Shown here one piece after another: positions 1-8,173 of a stretch of 38,721 nt of DNA. The notes beneath the pieces are model-generated. The model did not search any database and was not told the origin of the DNA. It was given only the letters and a program-made list of their open reading frames with translations. Made by a program: the position numbers and the translations under genes. The stretch lies in assembly GCA_036521635.1 (NCBI GenBank), contig DATDHK010000318.1, forward strand, positions 1 to 38,721, in the 5' to 3' direction. The stretch is from Bryobacteraceae bacterium. GTDB lineage: Bacteria; Acidobacteriota; Terriglobia; Bryobacterales; Bryobacteraceae. Numbering within the stretch: position 1 is the first letter of the stretch; every line of letters starts with the position of its first letter.

Positions 1-1
1 G

Positions 2-100
2 GCAACCTCAAAGGACAGCGGCGTCGACGCCAAAGAAGCGCTACTCAAAGCGGGCGGCCGCGGAGGCGGCACCGCAACCATGGCCCAAGGCAGGAAATGA
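2..100 (+). CDS. 3' end of an unidentified CDS entering from the left edge (partial)
   Basis: Frame 2 is open from the window edge to TGA at 98-100 (...KEALLKAGGRGGGTATMAQGRK*). A hairpin plus T-run follows at 126-198. Too short to assign a family. Confidence 0.25.
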   Translation, partial: ATSKDSGVDAKEALLKAGGRGGGTATMAQGRK

Positions 101-125
101 GGTGACAGGAAGCGGTGAAAGAATT

Positions 126-198
126 AAGAACACAAAGGAACCCTGGTGTTCCTAGTGTTCCCCGTGTTCCCCGTGTTCCTTTGTGTTCTTGATTTTTT
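126..198 (+). terminator. Candidate rho-independent terminator built from the 9-nt repeat family
   Basis: Perfect 16-bp inverted repeat aagaacacaaaggaac (126-141) / gttcctttgtgttctt (175-190) with a 33-nt loop. It is followed by gaTTTTTT (191-198). It lies between convergent gene ends (98-100 and 228-230). Confidence 0.45.
146..191 (+). repeat. 9-nt tandem repeat array, about 5 units (GTGTTCCYN)
   Basis: Read directly: gtgttccta gtgttcccc gtgttcccc gtgttcctt (t) gtgttcttg. Intergenic. Confidence 0.85.
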
Positions 199-227
199 CC
201 CAGCTTCCAGCCAACTCTTTCACCCAT

Positions 228-1280
228 TTATTTTACGTACCGCGGTGCAATCGAAATCAAAGCCAGTCCGCCGATGAACAACACCAGCATCACCCCCAGC
301 ATGAGCCGCACTTTCGGGCTTGCCCCGGCGAACTCTTTCCAGACCAGCAGCCCCCATAAAGCGCTCACCATAGTGGCGCCCTGTCCGATCGCATAGCTCA
401 CCGCCGGACCCACCTCAACCGACTTCGGCGCGCTCGACGCCGTGAAATTCGCAATCGCCCCCGTGCACCACAACAACCCGCCGGCGATGCCCAAGGCATG
501 CTGCTTCAAAGTGCCCTGGAAATAGCTGAACATCGATAGCGGCTCACCCTGTACAGGCAGGTTCAGAAAATACAAATTGAAGATGAACGTCGAGAAAAAA
601 ACACCCAGTGCGAACATAAACGCCACGGCGTACGGCCCCAGGCCGGCGGCATCCATACCCGCGCCTTTTCCCATTTCCACCAGCGGATAAAACGAACCCA
701 TCAGCGCGCCGCTTATCAGACTCAACACTATACCCTTCAGCCCCGCGCCCCCAGCCTTCGGCGGCGCCTTCGACTTGCCCTTGACCACCGGGGCCTTAGC
801 CCCCCCCGCATGCGACGAATAGGCGAAAGCGTCGACGATAATCGCGCCCACCACCAGCACCACTCCCACCGTAAGTAAGATAGGATTGCCCTGCGGGTTC
901 AAGAAGTAATTCCACACGACCCCTACCACCAGCGCCAGCCCGATCCCGACCGGAAACGCCACCGCCAGACCGGCCACCGATATTGCCGCCACCAGCAGCA
1001 TATTGGCCAGATTGAACACCACGCCTCCGGCCACCGCCCACGCCATATTCCGCTTCCCGGCCACAATCAGGTTGTCGGAAAACGACAACTCGTCCCCCAT
1101 GGACCCAAACGTGTACGCCGCGATGATCGCCGCCAGCAGCACGCCCAGCGAGTAGTCGTAATAGAACAACTCGAAGCGCCATTTCCCCGTAAGCTTGAAT
1201 GCATTGGCCCAGGAACCCCAGCAGATCATCGAAAGAACGATCAAGATCAGCGCCCCGGCGTACGTTTGTGGAATCAACAT
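228..1280 (-). CDS. Multi-pass membrane transporter, DMT superfamily / GRP-like sugar permease
   Basis: 350-aa ORF with about 10 hydrophobic segments, an N-terminal ...ICWGSWANAF... segment resembling GRP/GlcU-type permeases, and a central charged loop. The family call is from memory of motifs only. Confidence 0.55.
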   Translation of the reverse strand: MLIPQTYAGALILIVLSMICWGSWANAFKLTGKWRFELFYYDYSLGVLLAAIIAAYTFGSMGDELSFSDNLIVAGKRNMAWAVAGGVVFNLANMLLVAAISVAGLAVAFPVGIGLALVVGVVWNYFLNPQGNPILLTVGVVLVVGAIIVDAFAYSSHAGGAKAPVVKGKSKAPPKAGGAGLKGIVLSLISGALMGSFYPLVEMGKGAGMDAAGLGPYAVAFMFALGVFFSTFIFNLYFLNLPVQGEPLSMFSYFQGTLKQHALGIAGGLLWCTGAIANFTASSAPKSVEVGPAVSYAIGQGATMVSALWGLLVWKEFAGASPKVRLMLGVMLVLFIGGLALISIAPRYVK

Positions 1281-1308
1281 GAAAGCTTCGCGATTTTACC
1301 ACGCCCGG

Positions 1309-1335
1309 GTGTTCCTCGTATTCCTTGTGTTCATC
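1309..1335 (+). repeat. 9-nt tandem repeat array, 3 units
   Basis: gtgttcctc gtattcctt gtgttcatc, in the divergent intergenic region between the starts at 1280(-) and 1423(+). Confidence 0.7.
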
Positions 1336-1422
1336 AGTACTAAAGTTCTAAGGCCCCTTCCTAAAGTTTTTCTCATACAAAACCGAATGGGAATTATAGT
1401 TCGGTCTCAGGAGGAGGCCACG

Positions 1423-2556
1423 ATGAGACTCTGTGTTCCGGCGTTTGCCGTGCTGATCACCGCCGGGGCGTTTGCCGCCGACCGCCACAAAATCGATGTG
1501 GACGCCGAAAGCGACGACGGTATTCTGTTGCAAAGGATTCAACAGGAACCGCTGGCCAAGCGTAAGTTAGCTCTTCTGGAAAAATACGCCGCCCAGTTCG
1601 CGCGGACTACGTCGATCGCCTGGGTGTATGAGCAACTGCTGCCGATCTACGTGGAAGCCAAACAGCTCGATAAGGTAATGGCGACCGCCGAGAGTCTCCT
1701 GGCCGTCGATCCCTACGATGTGGACGCGGCCGACGCCGCCCTGCACGCCGCGGAGAGCATGAGCGATACAGCGCTCGTCCAAAAGTACGCGGCGTTATCG
1801 TGGGATCTTGCCTCCAAAGCGGCAAAATCGAAACGGCCATCCGATCCCGACGACGTCCCCGATTGGACCAAGCAAGTCGAATTCGCCAAGCAGTTGATGA
1901 GTTACGCGGAGTACGTCTTATCCACGCAAGCCTTGGCCGAACCCGATCCTCAAAAGAAAGCCGATCTGCTCCACCTTCTGGAATTACGCAATGCACAGAG
2001 CAAATATCTGATTGCCGCCAGGGCCAAACCGGTGCATATCGACCTGGCCGCGATGAGCCCGGAGAAGGCCGAGCGCTTGCTGGCCGACGATCCCGACAAT
2101 GTCGACTACCTGATGAACGTCGCGGACTACAACATGCGGCGCGAGCACGACCTGCAAAAGGTCTTGAATTATTCGATTCGCATTCTCGACGTGATGCCTC
2201 GCAAGTCCAGGCCCGAAGGGAGCACCCACGAGGAATGGGAGCGGAAAAAGGGCAAGTACATCGGCGCGGCGAACTGGATGGTGGGCGTGGTCTATGGCAA
2301 GCAGGGACGCTACAGTCTATCGGACCGCTACCTGCGCGCCTCTCTTTCCAATATCCGTGACAATACGCAGGCGCTGGCGGCCGCATACTTCTACCTTGGA
2401 TACGACAACTACGCCCTGGCCGGCGAGCTGCACGACAAAGGCAAGGCTGTGGAAGCGGTCCGGTACAGCAAGCTGTGCGTGGCCATCGAAGGACCATTTC
2501 AGCCACTCGCCCAAAAGAACCTCGACGTGCTCCGCAACGAATACAACGTCGAGTAG
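1423..2556 (+). CDS. Secreted helical-repeat (TPR-like) hypothetical protein
   Basis: The long ORF 1195-2556 is trimmed to the ATG at 1423. That ATG is preceded by gaggagg (1410-1417) and opens a signal peptide, MRLCVPAFAVLITAGAFAA. The rest is helical with TPR-like composition. Confidence 0.7.
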   Translation: MRLCVPAFAVLITAGAFAADRHKIDVDAESDDGILLQRIQQEPLAKRKLALLEKYAAQFARTTSIAWVYEQLLPIYVEAKQLDKVMATAESLLAVDPYDVDAADAALHAAESMSDTALVQKYAALSWDLASKAAKSKRPSDPDDVPDWTKQVEFAKQLMSYAEYVLSTQALAEPDPQKKADLLHLLELRNAQSKYLIAARAKPVHIDLAAMSPEKAERLLADDPDNVDYLMNVADYNMRREHDLQKVLNYSIRILDVMPRKSRPEGSTHEEWERKKGKYIGAANWMVGVVYGKQGRYSLSDRYLRASLSNIRDNTQALAAAYFYLGYDNYALAGELHDKGKAVEAVRYSKLCVAIEGPFQPLAQKNLDVLRNEYNVE

Positions 2557-2589
2557 CCACACCACCGGCCCAGTTTCTTCATCGCCTCG

Positions 2590-2671
2590 GTGTTCCTCGT
2601 ATTCCTCGTATTCCTCGTATTCCTTGTGTTCCCCGTGTTCCTTGTATTCCTCGGTGTTCCCCGTGTTCCAT
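2590..2671 (+). repeat. 9-nt tandem repeat array, 9 units (largest copy)
   Basis: gtgttcctc gtattcctc gtattcctc gtattcctt gtgttcccc gtgttcctt gtattcctc (g) gtgttcccc gtgttccat. Starts 34 nt after the stop at 2554-2556. Confidence 0.9.
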
Positions 2672-2794
2672 CTTTTCAGCCAGTGCTATTCTGATAAATG
2701 CTCATAAATCCTCACTCCGGCGCACGGGGACTTGCATTTGCCCCCCCAAGTGAGGCAAGCTGGATGGTTTTCCCACTGTGACGGAAAAGAATCC

Positions 2795-3748
2795 ATGCGG
2801 GTGAGAATTCTCTATCACGATCATTGTTTCGATGGCGCCGCTTCAGCCGCGTTCTTCAGCCGCTTTTACGAAGGCAAGTACGCGCCGGATGCCACGTTCG
2901 AGTTTACGGGCCTCGCGCACAAGGCGTCCCAACTCTTCGAAGACAGCCTCTTCGACGGTGACGTAAATGCGATCGTGGATTTCAAATACTCGCCCGACCC
3001 GCGGCTGACCTGGTGGTTCGATCATCATCAGAGCGCGTTCTTGAGTTCTCAGGACGCCGAGCATTTCCGGCACGATACCAGCGGCCAGAAACTCTACGAT
3101 CCGGCCTACAGCTCATGCACCGGTTTCATTGCCGCCGTGACGCGGGAAAGATTCGGTTACCAGGCCCAAGACCTGGCGCAGTTGGTGGAGTGGGCCGATA
3201 TCATCGACGGTGCCCGCTATGCCAGCGCGCAGGCGGCCGTGGAAATGCGCGCACCCGCGATGCAGCTCACGCTGGTAATCGAAAGTGCGAAAGGCTCGGA
3301 GATAATCCACCAGATTATTCGCTGGATGCGCCACTGCACGCTCGATCAAATCATCCAGAGGCCGGAAATCCAGGAGCTATATTTACCGTTGCATGAGCGT
3401 CACATCCGTTCCATCGACATTATCCGCAACCGCGCCAAAAGCGAGAACGGCGTAATCTTCTTCGATTTAATCGACGTGGATTTAGACGGCTATAACAAAT
3501 TCATCCCGTACTATTTGTTTCCGGAATCAACTTACACGGTATCCGTGAGCACGCAGAGCTTCCGCACCAAAGTCTCGGTGGGCTCGAATCCGTGGGCTCC
3601 TAAAACACCGGTTCACAACCTGGCCACGATCTGCGAGCGTTACGGCGGGGGCGGGCATCCGAAAGTAGGCGCCATCAGTTTTGAAGTAGGAGCTGTGGAA
3701 GAGGCCAGGAAGGTTGCGGCGGAAATAAAGCGGGAGTTAGGCAACTGA
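2795..3748 (+). CDS. DHH/DHHA1-family phosphoesterase (NrnB-like)
   Basis: Start trimmed to ATG 2795 (MRVRILYHDHCFDGAASAAF, an H-D-x-x-D-G type DHH motif). C-terminal GGGGHPKVGA matches the DHHA1 GGGH motif. Confidence 0.6.
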   Translation: MRVRILYHDHCFDGAASAAFFSRFYEGKYAPDATFEFTGLAHKASQLFEDSLFDGDVNAIVDFKYSPDPRLTWWFDHHQSAFLSSQDAEHFRHDTSGQKLYDPAYSSCTGFIAAVTRERFGYQAQDLAQLVEWADIIDGARYASAQAAVEMRAPAMQLTLVIESAKGSEIIHQIIRWMRHCTLDQIIQRPEIQELYLPLHERHIRSIDIIRNRAKSENGVIFFDLIDVDLDGYNKFIPYYLFPESTYTVSVSTQSFRTKVSVGSNPWAPKTPVHNLATICERYGGGGHPKVGAISFEVGAVEEARKVAAEIKRELGN

Positions 3749-4321
3749 GGAACCCATCAACCGCTCTACATATTTTGCGATCAAATCCACTTCCACGTTA
3801 ATTCTTCTTCCAACTTCATAGTCGGGCAAAACCGTATTCTCGTACGTATGCGGAATAATGGCGACGCCTACGACAGCCTGTTCCAAGGCAGCGATAGTTA
3901 AGCTGACCCCATCCAGCGTCACCGATCCTTTGTGAATAAAATAGCGATCCAGCTCACCAGGCATCCGGACTTTGAGCCACCAGTTTCCATCCGGCAAGGA
4001 CTCGAGCGACAGAAGCTCCGCGGTCCCATCCACGTGCCCCTGCACGATGTGGCCGCTTAGCCGGTCGCCCACCGCCGCCGCGCGTTCCAGATTTACGCGC
4101 GAGCCTTCGCGCAACATTCCCAAATTACTGCGCGACAAAGTTTCGGGCGACAGATCGGACCAGAATCCATCCGGCTCAACCGTCACCGCCGTGAGGCAGA
4201 CTCCGTTCACCGCGATGCTTGCGCCCGCCCGGCTATCTTCGAGCACCGTGCGGCACAACACTTTTATCCGGCTGCCCGCAACCGCAACGACCCCTACTTC
4301 CTCGATGATTCCCGTGAACAC
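3737..4321 (-). CDS. ribE: Riboflavin synthase (alpha chain)
   Basis: (V)FTGIIEEVG N-terminus is typical of riboflavin synthase, and the internal duplicated lumazine-binding halves are present. The GTG at 4321 gives the canonical N-terminus 1 nt after the ribD stop. An alternative ATG at 4357 would overlap ribD by 35 nt. Confidence 0.85.
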   Translation of the reverse strand: MFTGIIEEVGVVAVAGSRIKVLCRTVLEDSRAGASIAVNGVCLTAVTVEPDGFWSDLSPETLSRSNLGMLREGSRVNLERAAAVGDRLSGHIVQGHVDGTAELLSLESLPDGNWWLKVRMPGELDRYFIHKGSVTLDGVSLTIAALEQAVVGVAIIPHTYENTVLPDYEVGRRINVEVDLIAKYVERLMGSSVA

Positions 4322-4322
4322 G

Positions 4323-5420
4323 TCACTTCTCCACGTAGGCTTCGACGGCGAATTCATCCGGCGGAATGCTGTGCAGCTTCACGCGGCGAAGCCGGATGGC
4401 ATCGGTGCGCCGCAACCGGCCCGTGCCGCCCGCCACCGGCAGCGATCGCAACCCGCCCAGAATCTTCGGCGCGTAATAGAAGAACACTTTGTCGGCGACG
4501 CCCGCTTCCAGCACCGCCCAATTCAGCTTGCTGCCGGACTCGATCATCAACGACCGGTATTGCTCATTCGCCAAATACTCGATCAGTTTCTGAAGATCCG
4601 CGCGGCCTCCCGGCCCATCGAACACCAGCACACGCACGCCGCGGTATTCCAGCGCGCGGCGGCGATCGTCCGGGGCAGCCGACGTGGTAACGATCAAAAG
4701 ATCGCCGGCGGCGCTGGCCACCATGCGCGAATCCAGCGGAATCCGCAGCGTGGAATCGGCCACAATGCGCAGCAGCGGCCGGCTGCGCTCGCATCCGGTT
4801 CGATCCGTCAGCAGGCAATCGTCGGCCAACACCGTTCCGATGCCCGTAAGAATCGCGTCCGCCTGGTGCCTGATTTGCTGCACGTGCGCTCGCGCTCGCT
4901 CGCTCGTAATCCAGCCGGTGTTGTCGTCTGGCGCGGCGATCTTGCCGTCCAAAGTGAGAGCGGCTTTCAAGGTTACCAGCGGACGCCCGGTCCGCATGGA
5001 ATGGACGTAAGCTTCATTGAGCTGCGCGGCCTCGCCGGAGTATTCGGAGACCACATCGACAGCGATGCCCGCCTCGCGCAACCCGCAAAAGCCCTGGCCT
5101 GCGACATGCGGATTCGGATCTTCCATCGCGGCCACCACTCGCGCCACGCCCGCATTCACTAGTGCGCTGGCGCACGGCGGGGTGCGGCCCTCAAACGAGC
5201 ACGGTTCCAAAGTTACATAAACAGTGGACCCGCGTGCGCGATCGCCGGCTTCGTCCAACGCAACGATCTCGGCATGTTTCTTGCGCTCGTAGATGTGAAA
5301 GCCGCGGCCCACTACCTCGCCGTCCTTGACGATCACCGCGCCGACCGCCGGATTCGGGCTGGTGCGTCCCAATCCCTCGCGCGCCAGATCGAGCGCTTCC
5401 TCCATCCACGAGTTCTTCAT
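4323..5420 (-). CDS. ribD: Bifunctional riboflavin biosynthesis deaminase/reductase
   Basis: Trimmed to [31 protein letters not shown]...HAE...PCxxxGRTPPC (CMP/dCMP deaminase zinc motif), followed by a RibD_C reductase half. Its ATG (5420-5418) overlaps the ftsY TGA (5419-5417). Confidence 0.9.
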   Translation of the reverse strand: MKNSWMEEALDLAREGLGRTSPNPAVGAVIVKDGEVVGRGFHIYERKKHAEIVALDEAGDRARGSTVYVTLEPCSFEGRTPPCASALVNAGVARVVAAMEDPNPHVAGQGFCGLREAGIAVDVVSEYSGEAAQLNEAYVHSMRTGRPLVTLKAALTLDGKIAAPDDNTGWITSERARAHVQQIRHQADAILTGIGTVLADDCLLTDRTGCERSRPLLRIVADSTLRIPLDSRMVASAAGDLLIVTTSAAPDDRRRALEYRGVRVLVFDGPGGRADLQKLIEYLANEQYRSLMIESGSKLNWAVLEAGVADKVFFYYAPKILGGLRSLPVAGGTGRLRRTDAIRLRRVKLHSIPPDEFAVEAYVEK

Positions 5421-6367
5421 GTCGAAAACAACGATGCGATAAATTTGTCCGGCTCGAAAGGAAGCAGATCGCCCGCCTGTTCGCCCACGCCGATGTAGCG
5501 GATCGGCAAATTCAGCTCGCGGGCAATCGCCACCACGATGCCGCCCTTCGCGGTGCCATCCAACTTGGTGAGCACGATGCCCGTGACGCCGCTCGTTTCC
5601 GTAAACCTGCGCGCCTGCTCCAGTCCGTTCTGTCCGGTGGTGGCGTCCAGCACCAGCAGCACTTCGTGCGGCGCATCGGGAATCACCTTCGCGGCCGTGC
5701 GCCGCATTTTCTCGAGCTCGGCCATCAGATTTTGCTTGGTGTGCAGCCGGCCCGCGGTATCCACGATGACGTAATCCACCTTGCGCGCCTTCGCTGCCGT
5801 CAGCGCATCGAAAAGCACCGCGCTCGGATCCGCGCCGGCCGATTGCCGGATCACATCCGTATCGGTGCGGACGCCCCACACCTGCAACTGCTCGATGGCG
5901 GCGGCGCGGAATGTGTCGGCCGCGCACAGCAACACACTGCGGTCTTCCGCCTTGAACCGGTTCGCAAGTTTGCCGATAGTAGTGGTCTTGCCCGAACCGT
6001 TCACGCCGACCACCATTACCACCGCGGGCGGTTGCGTGACGCGCGGAATTGGACGCTCGGCCGCTTCCAAGATTTCAAGCAGATGTTCGGCGATGAGCTG
6101 TTTGACTTGCTGCGCGTCTCCCACCTGTTTGCGGTCGACGCGCTGGCGGATGCTTTCCAGAATTTCCGAAGCCGTGTTGACGCCGACGTCGGCGGTGATC
6201 AGCGCATACTCGAGTTCTTCGAGCAGGTCGGCGTCGATCTCTTTTCGTCCGGCGATGGCCTCTTCCAGGCGGTCCACCAGGCCTGTGCGAGTTTTTTCAA
6301 TGCCGGCCTTTAGCCGGTCGAGCAGGTTCGGTTCTTGGGGTACGGAGCCAAATAACGTTTGAATCAT
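5417..6367 (-). CDS. ftsY: Signal recognition particle receptor FtsY
   Basis: SRP54-type GTPase: [15 protein letters not shown] (P-loop), DTAGR, TKLDG. Confidence 0.92.
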   Translation of the reverse strand: MIQTLFGSVPQEPNLLDRLKAGIEKTRTGLVDRLEEAIAGRKEIDADLLEELEYALITADVGVNTASEILESIRQRVDRKQVGDAQQVKQLIAEHLLEILEAAERPIPRVTQPPAVVMVVGVNGSGKTTTIGKLANRFKAEDRSVLLCAADTFRAAAIEQLQVWGVRTDTDVIRQSAGADPSAVLFDALTAAKARKVDYVIVDTAGRLHTKQNLMAELEKMRRTAAKVIPDAPHEVLLVLDATTGQNGLEQARRFTETSGVTGIVLTKLDGTAKGGIVVAIARELNLPIRYIGVGEQAGDLLPFEPDKFIASLFST

Positions 6368-6422
6368 GGGAGGAAATGCAGGGAATCTTTATTGTACCGG
6401 ATGCATGTTAAGCTGAAGCCAA

Positions 6423-6755
6423 GTGGCCCGCTTTCCGGTCAAAATACTAATCGTGTTCAGCATCGCGATGGCGCTGGCCAATGCGCGATGCGTGGCGCAG
6501 TGCCTGGTGCAGTCGTGCGAATCCGGCGGGGATCACTGTCATTCTCACGGAAAATCGAACGCGGGTTTGTGCTCGCACCAACACGAGATGACAGTCGCCA
6601 GCGTTGATTCTCAGACTACCGGCGACGCTGTCCAGTTTCTTCTTCCAGTTGCGTCCGCGAGCTTGGAGTCGCAGGACATCTGGTTCCAAATGGATGTACC
6701 AGCCCCATCGCCGCCGCTTTTATTCCGCTCCACTGCTCAAACTCTTCGAATCTGA
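6423..6755 (+). CDS. Small secreted Cys/His-rich protein (possible metal binding)
   Basis: GTG start. Signal-like N-terminus VKILIVFSIAMALANA, then RCVAQCLVQSCESGGDHCHSHGKSNAGLCSHQHEM (5 Cys and 5 His in 35 aa). No clear RBS. Lies directly upstream of a Met/His-rich secreted protein. Confidence 0.4.
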   Translation: MARFPVKILIVFSIAMALANARCVAQCLVQSCESGGDHCHSHGKSNAGLCSHQHEMTVASVDSQTTGDAVQFLLPVASASLESQDIWFQMDVPAPSPPLLFRSTAQTLRI

Positions 6756-6803
6756 TCCCTTCATTTACGTCCGTTCGCGGCCGAAAAATGAAAGGACTGA
6801 AGT

Positions 6804-8033
6804 ATGTTTCGTGTTGTCATTTGTTTCTTATTAGCCTTAGCTCGCGCCATTGCGCAAGAGCCGGCCCATGACATGTCGCACATGCAGATGGGCGGCTCGA
6901 ATCAGGCCGGTGGATTCTTAATGGGCTTGGCGTCCGGCACCAGCATGAACCCGCAATCGTGGCCGATGCCGATGTTGATGTTGAACCAGTCGAATTGGAG
7001 TTTGATGTTCATGGGCCAGGCATTCCTGGTCGACACGCAAGAGACCGGCCCGCGCGGGCATGACAAATTTTATTCTCCGAATTGGGGAATGTTCGCGGCC
7101 AGCCACAACCTTGGCGGCGGCAGTTTCATGATCCAGACGATGCTCAGTCTGGACCCCGCAACCATTACGAATCGCCGCTTCCCCGAACTCTTTCAGACCG
7201 GCGAAACCGCGTACGGAAAACCGCTGGTGGACGCCCAGCACCCGCACGATTTCCTGATGGGGTTCGGTATCCATTACGCGCACCCGATCGGCGAAAACAC
7301 AACCGTGCAGGTGTACTATGCGCCGGTGGGCGATCCGGCGCTAGGCCCCGTCGCGTTTCCGCATCGCGCTTCCGCGGCCGAACTGCCGCAAGCAACACTC
7401 TCGCATCACTGGCAGGATTCCAGTCACATCGCCAACAACGTTGTGACGGCCGGTATTATGCACAAGAAAATCCGGTTGGAAGCGAGTGGATTTTATGGGA
7501 CCGAGCCGAATGAGAATCGCTGGAATATCGATTTCGGCCCGATGAATTCCTGGGCGACGCGCGTATCGTACTTCGCTACCGAGAATTGGATGATGCAGGT
7601 TTCGGTTGGAAGGCTGGCGCGTCCGGAGCGGCAGGAGGCGGGCGATGTGGTGCGGTCCACCGCGTCGATTCATTACACGCGGCCGATGTACGGGTCGAGC
7701 TGGTCGACCAGTTTGATTTGGGGGCGCAATCATAAGACACTCGATCGGCGGAATTCCAAGTCTTATCTCTTGGAGTCGGTGCTGCCGTTCAGCCGGAAGA
7801 ATTTTGTTACGGGAAGAATGGAGCTGGTCGACAAGGATGAGCTGGTTGGTGGGCAAACGTTCCGCATCGGGGCGTACACGCTGGGGTACACGCGGGACAT
7901 CGGCACGTTCCACAATCTCCAAAGTGGAATTGGCGCAAATTTCACGAGCTATTCGAGGCCGGATGCGCTCAAGCAGTATTACGGCAACCATCCGGTATCG
8001 GTAAACATATTCGCAAGATTCCGTTTGAAATAA
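6804..8033 (+). CDS. Secreted Met/His-rich protein, possibly an outer-membrane beta-barrel
   Basis: aagga RBS about 10 nt upstream. Signal peptide MFRVVICFLLALARAIAQ. N-terminal HDMSHMQMGG...MNPQSWPMPMLML tract. The rest is rich in aromatic/Gly alternating segments. No family recognised. Confidence 0.7.
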   Translation: MFRVVICFLLALARAIAQEPAHDMSHMQMGGSNQAGGFLMGLASGTSMNPQSWPMPMLMLNQSNWSLMFMGQAFLVDTQETGPRGHDKFYSPNWGMFAASHNLGGGSFMIQTMLSLDPATITNRRFPELFQTGETAYGKPLVDAQHPHDFLMGFGIHYAHPIGENTTVQVYYAPVGDPALGPVAFPHRASAAELPQATLSHHWQDSSHIANNVVTAGIMHKKIRLEASGFYGTEPNENRWNIDFGPMNSWATRVSYFATENWMMQVSVGRLARPERQEAGDVVRSTASIHYTRPMYGSSWSTSLIWGRNHKTLDRRNSKSYLLESVLPFSRKNFVTGRMELVDKDELVGGQTFRIGAYTLGYTRDIGTFHNLQSGIGANFTSYSRPDALKQYYGNHPVSVNIFARFRLK

Positions 8034-8143
8034 TGTGGGGCAGGTTGGTAACCTGCGGCCGATTGGCAATCGGCCCGTAAACAATTCCGAATTCAGTAAC
8101 AGGCCGATTGCCAATCGGCCGCAGGATGCCATCCTGCCCCACA
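8034..8143. repeat. REP-like composite palindrome (full element, 110 bp)
   Basis: tgtggggcaggttggtaacctgcggccgattggcaatcggcc ... ggccgattgccaatcggccgcaggatggcatcctgccccaca. Starts immediately after the TAA at 8031-8033. Confidence 0.9.
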
Positions 8144-8173
8144 ATAATTAGCAGTCAGGTTAAGCAGAATTGA

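Noticed and set aside
45-227. 60-aa ORF containing GTRGTRGTLGTPG, and 25419-25901(-) containing EEHGEHREHRE.
   Set aside because: The repetitive peptide is the translation of the 9-nt DNA arrays. There is no RBS and no sensible protein context, so they are treated as non-coding repeats.
1195-1422. N-terminal extensions of track ORFs: 1195-, 2732-, 9467-, 13904..14707, 14971-, 19856..19990, 25124-, 28542-, 32900..33073, 36370..36492 and 4323..5927.
   Set aside because: The extensions overlap neighbouring genes, repeats or the tRNA. They lack family similarity and precede an internal start that has an RBS and/or a signal peptide or the canonical family N-terminus.
1607-2560. 317-aa minus-strand ORF antisense to the 1423-2556 gene. 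The same applies to 3972-5162(+), 10601-11782(-), 15929-17158(-), 17892-19700(-), 35425-36210(+) and 36792-38306(-).
   Set aside because: All are Arg/Pro/Gly/Ala-rich shadow ORFs lying opposite genes with clear family motifs (ribD, copA, FAD oxidoreductase, secretin, pepA and others). Long antisense ORFs are expected in high-GC DNA because stop codons are rare.
2590-2671. Whether the tandem arrays could be a CRISPR array.
   Set aside because: The units are 9 nt and directly abutting, with no unique spacers. There are no cas genes and no leader.
3737-3748. Convergent 3'-end overlaps (DHH gene with ribE, 12 nt; 17601-gene with the DUF1080 gene at 19214-19232, 19 nt).
   Set aside because: They are real in the sequence, but short convergent overlaps are common in compact high-GC genomes. 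Not evidence of anything special on their own.
5421-5500. Looked for an FMN riboswitch upstream of ribD.
   Set aside because: The ribD start overlaps the ftsY stop and the upstream sequence is ftsY coding. No riboswitch-sized non-coding leader exists.
7341-8144. ORFs starting MWGRMASCGRLAIGLL / MWGRLVTCGRVVIGL / MWGRLVTCRRLKIGL (7341-8144(-), 12622-12996(-), 28046-28567(+)).
   Set aside because: Their N-termini are simply translations of the TGTGGGGCAGG REP-like elements. The remainder is antisense or overlapping to better-supported genes.
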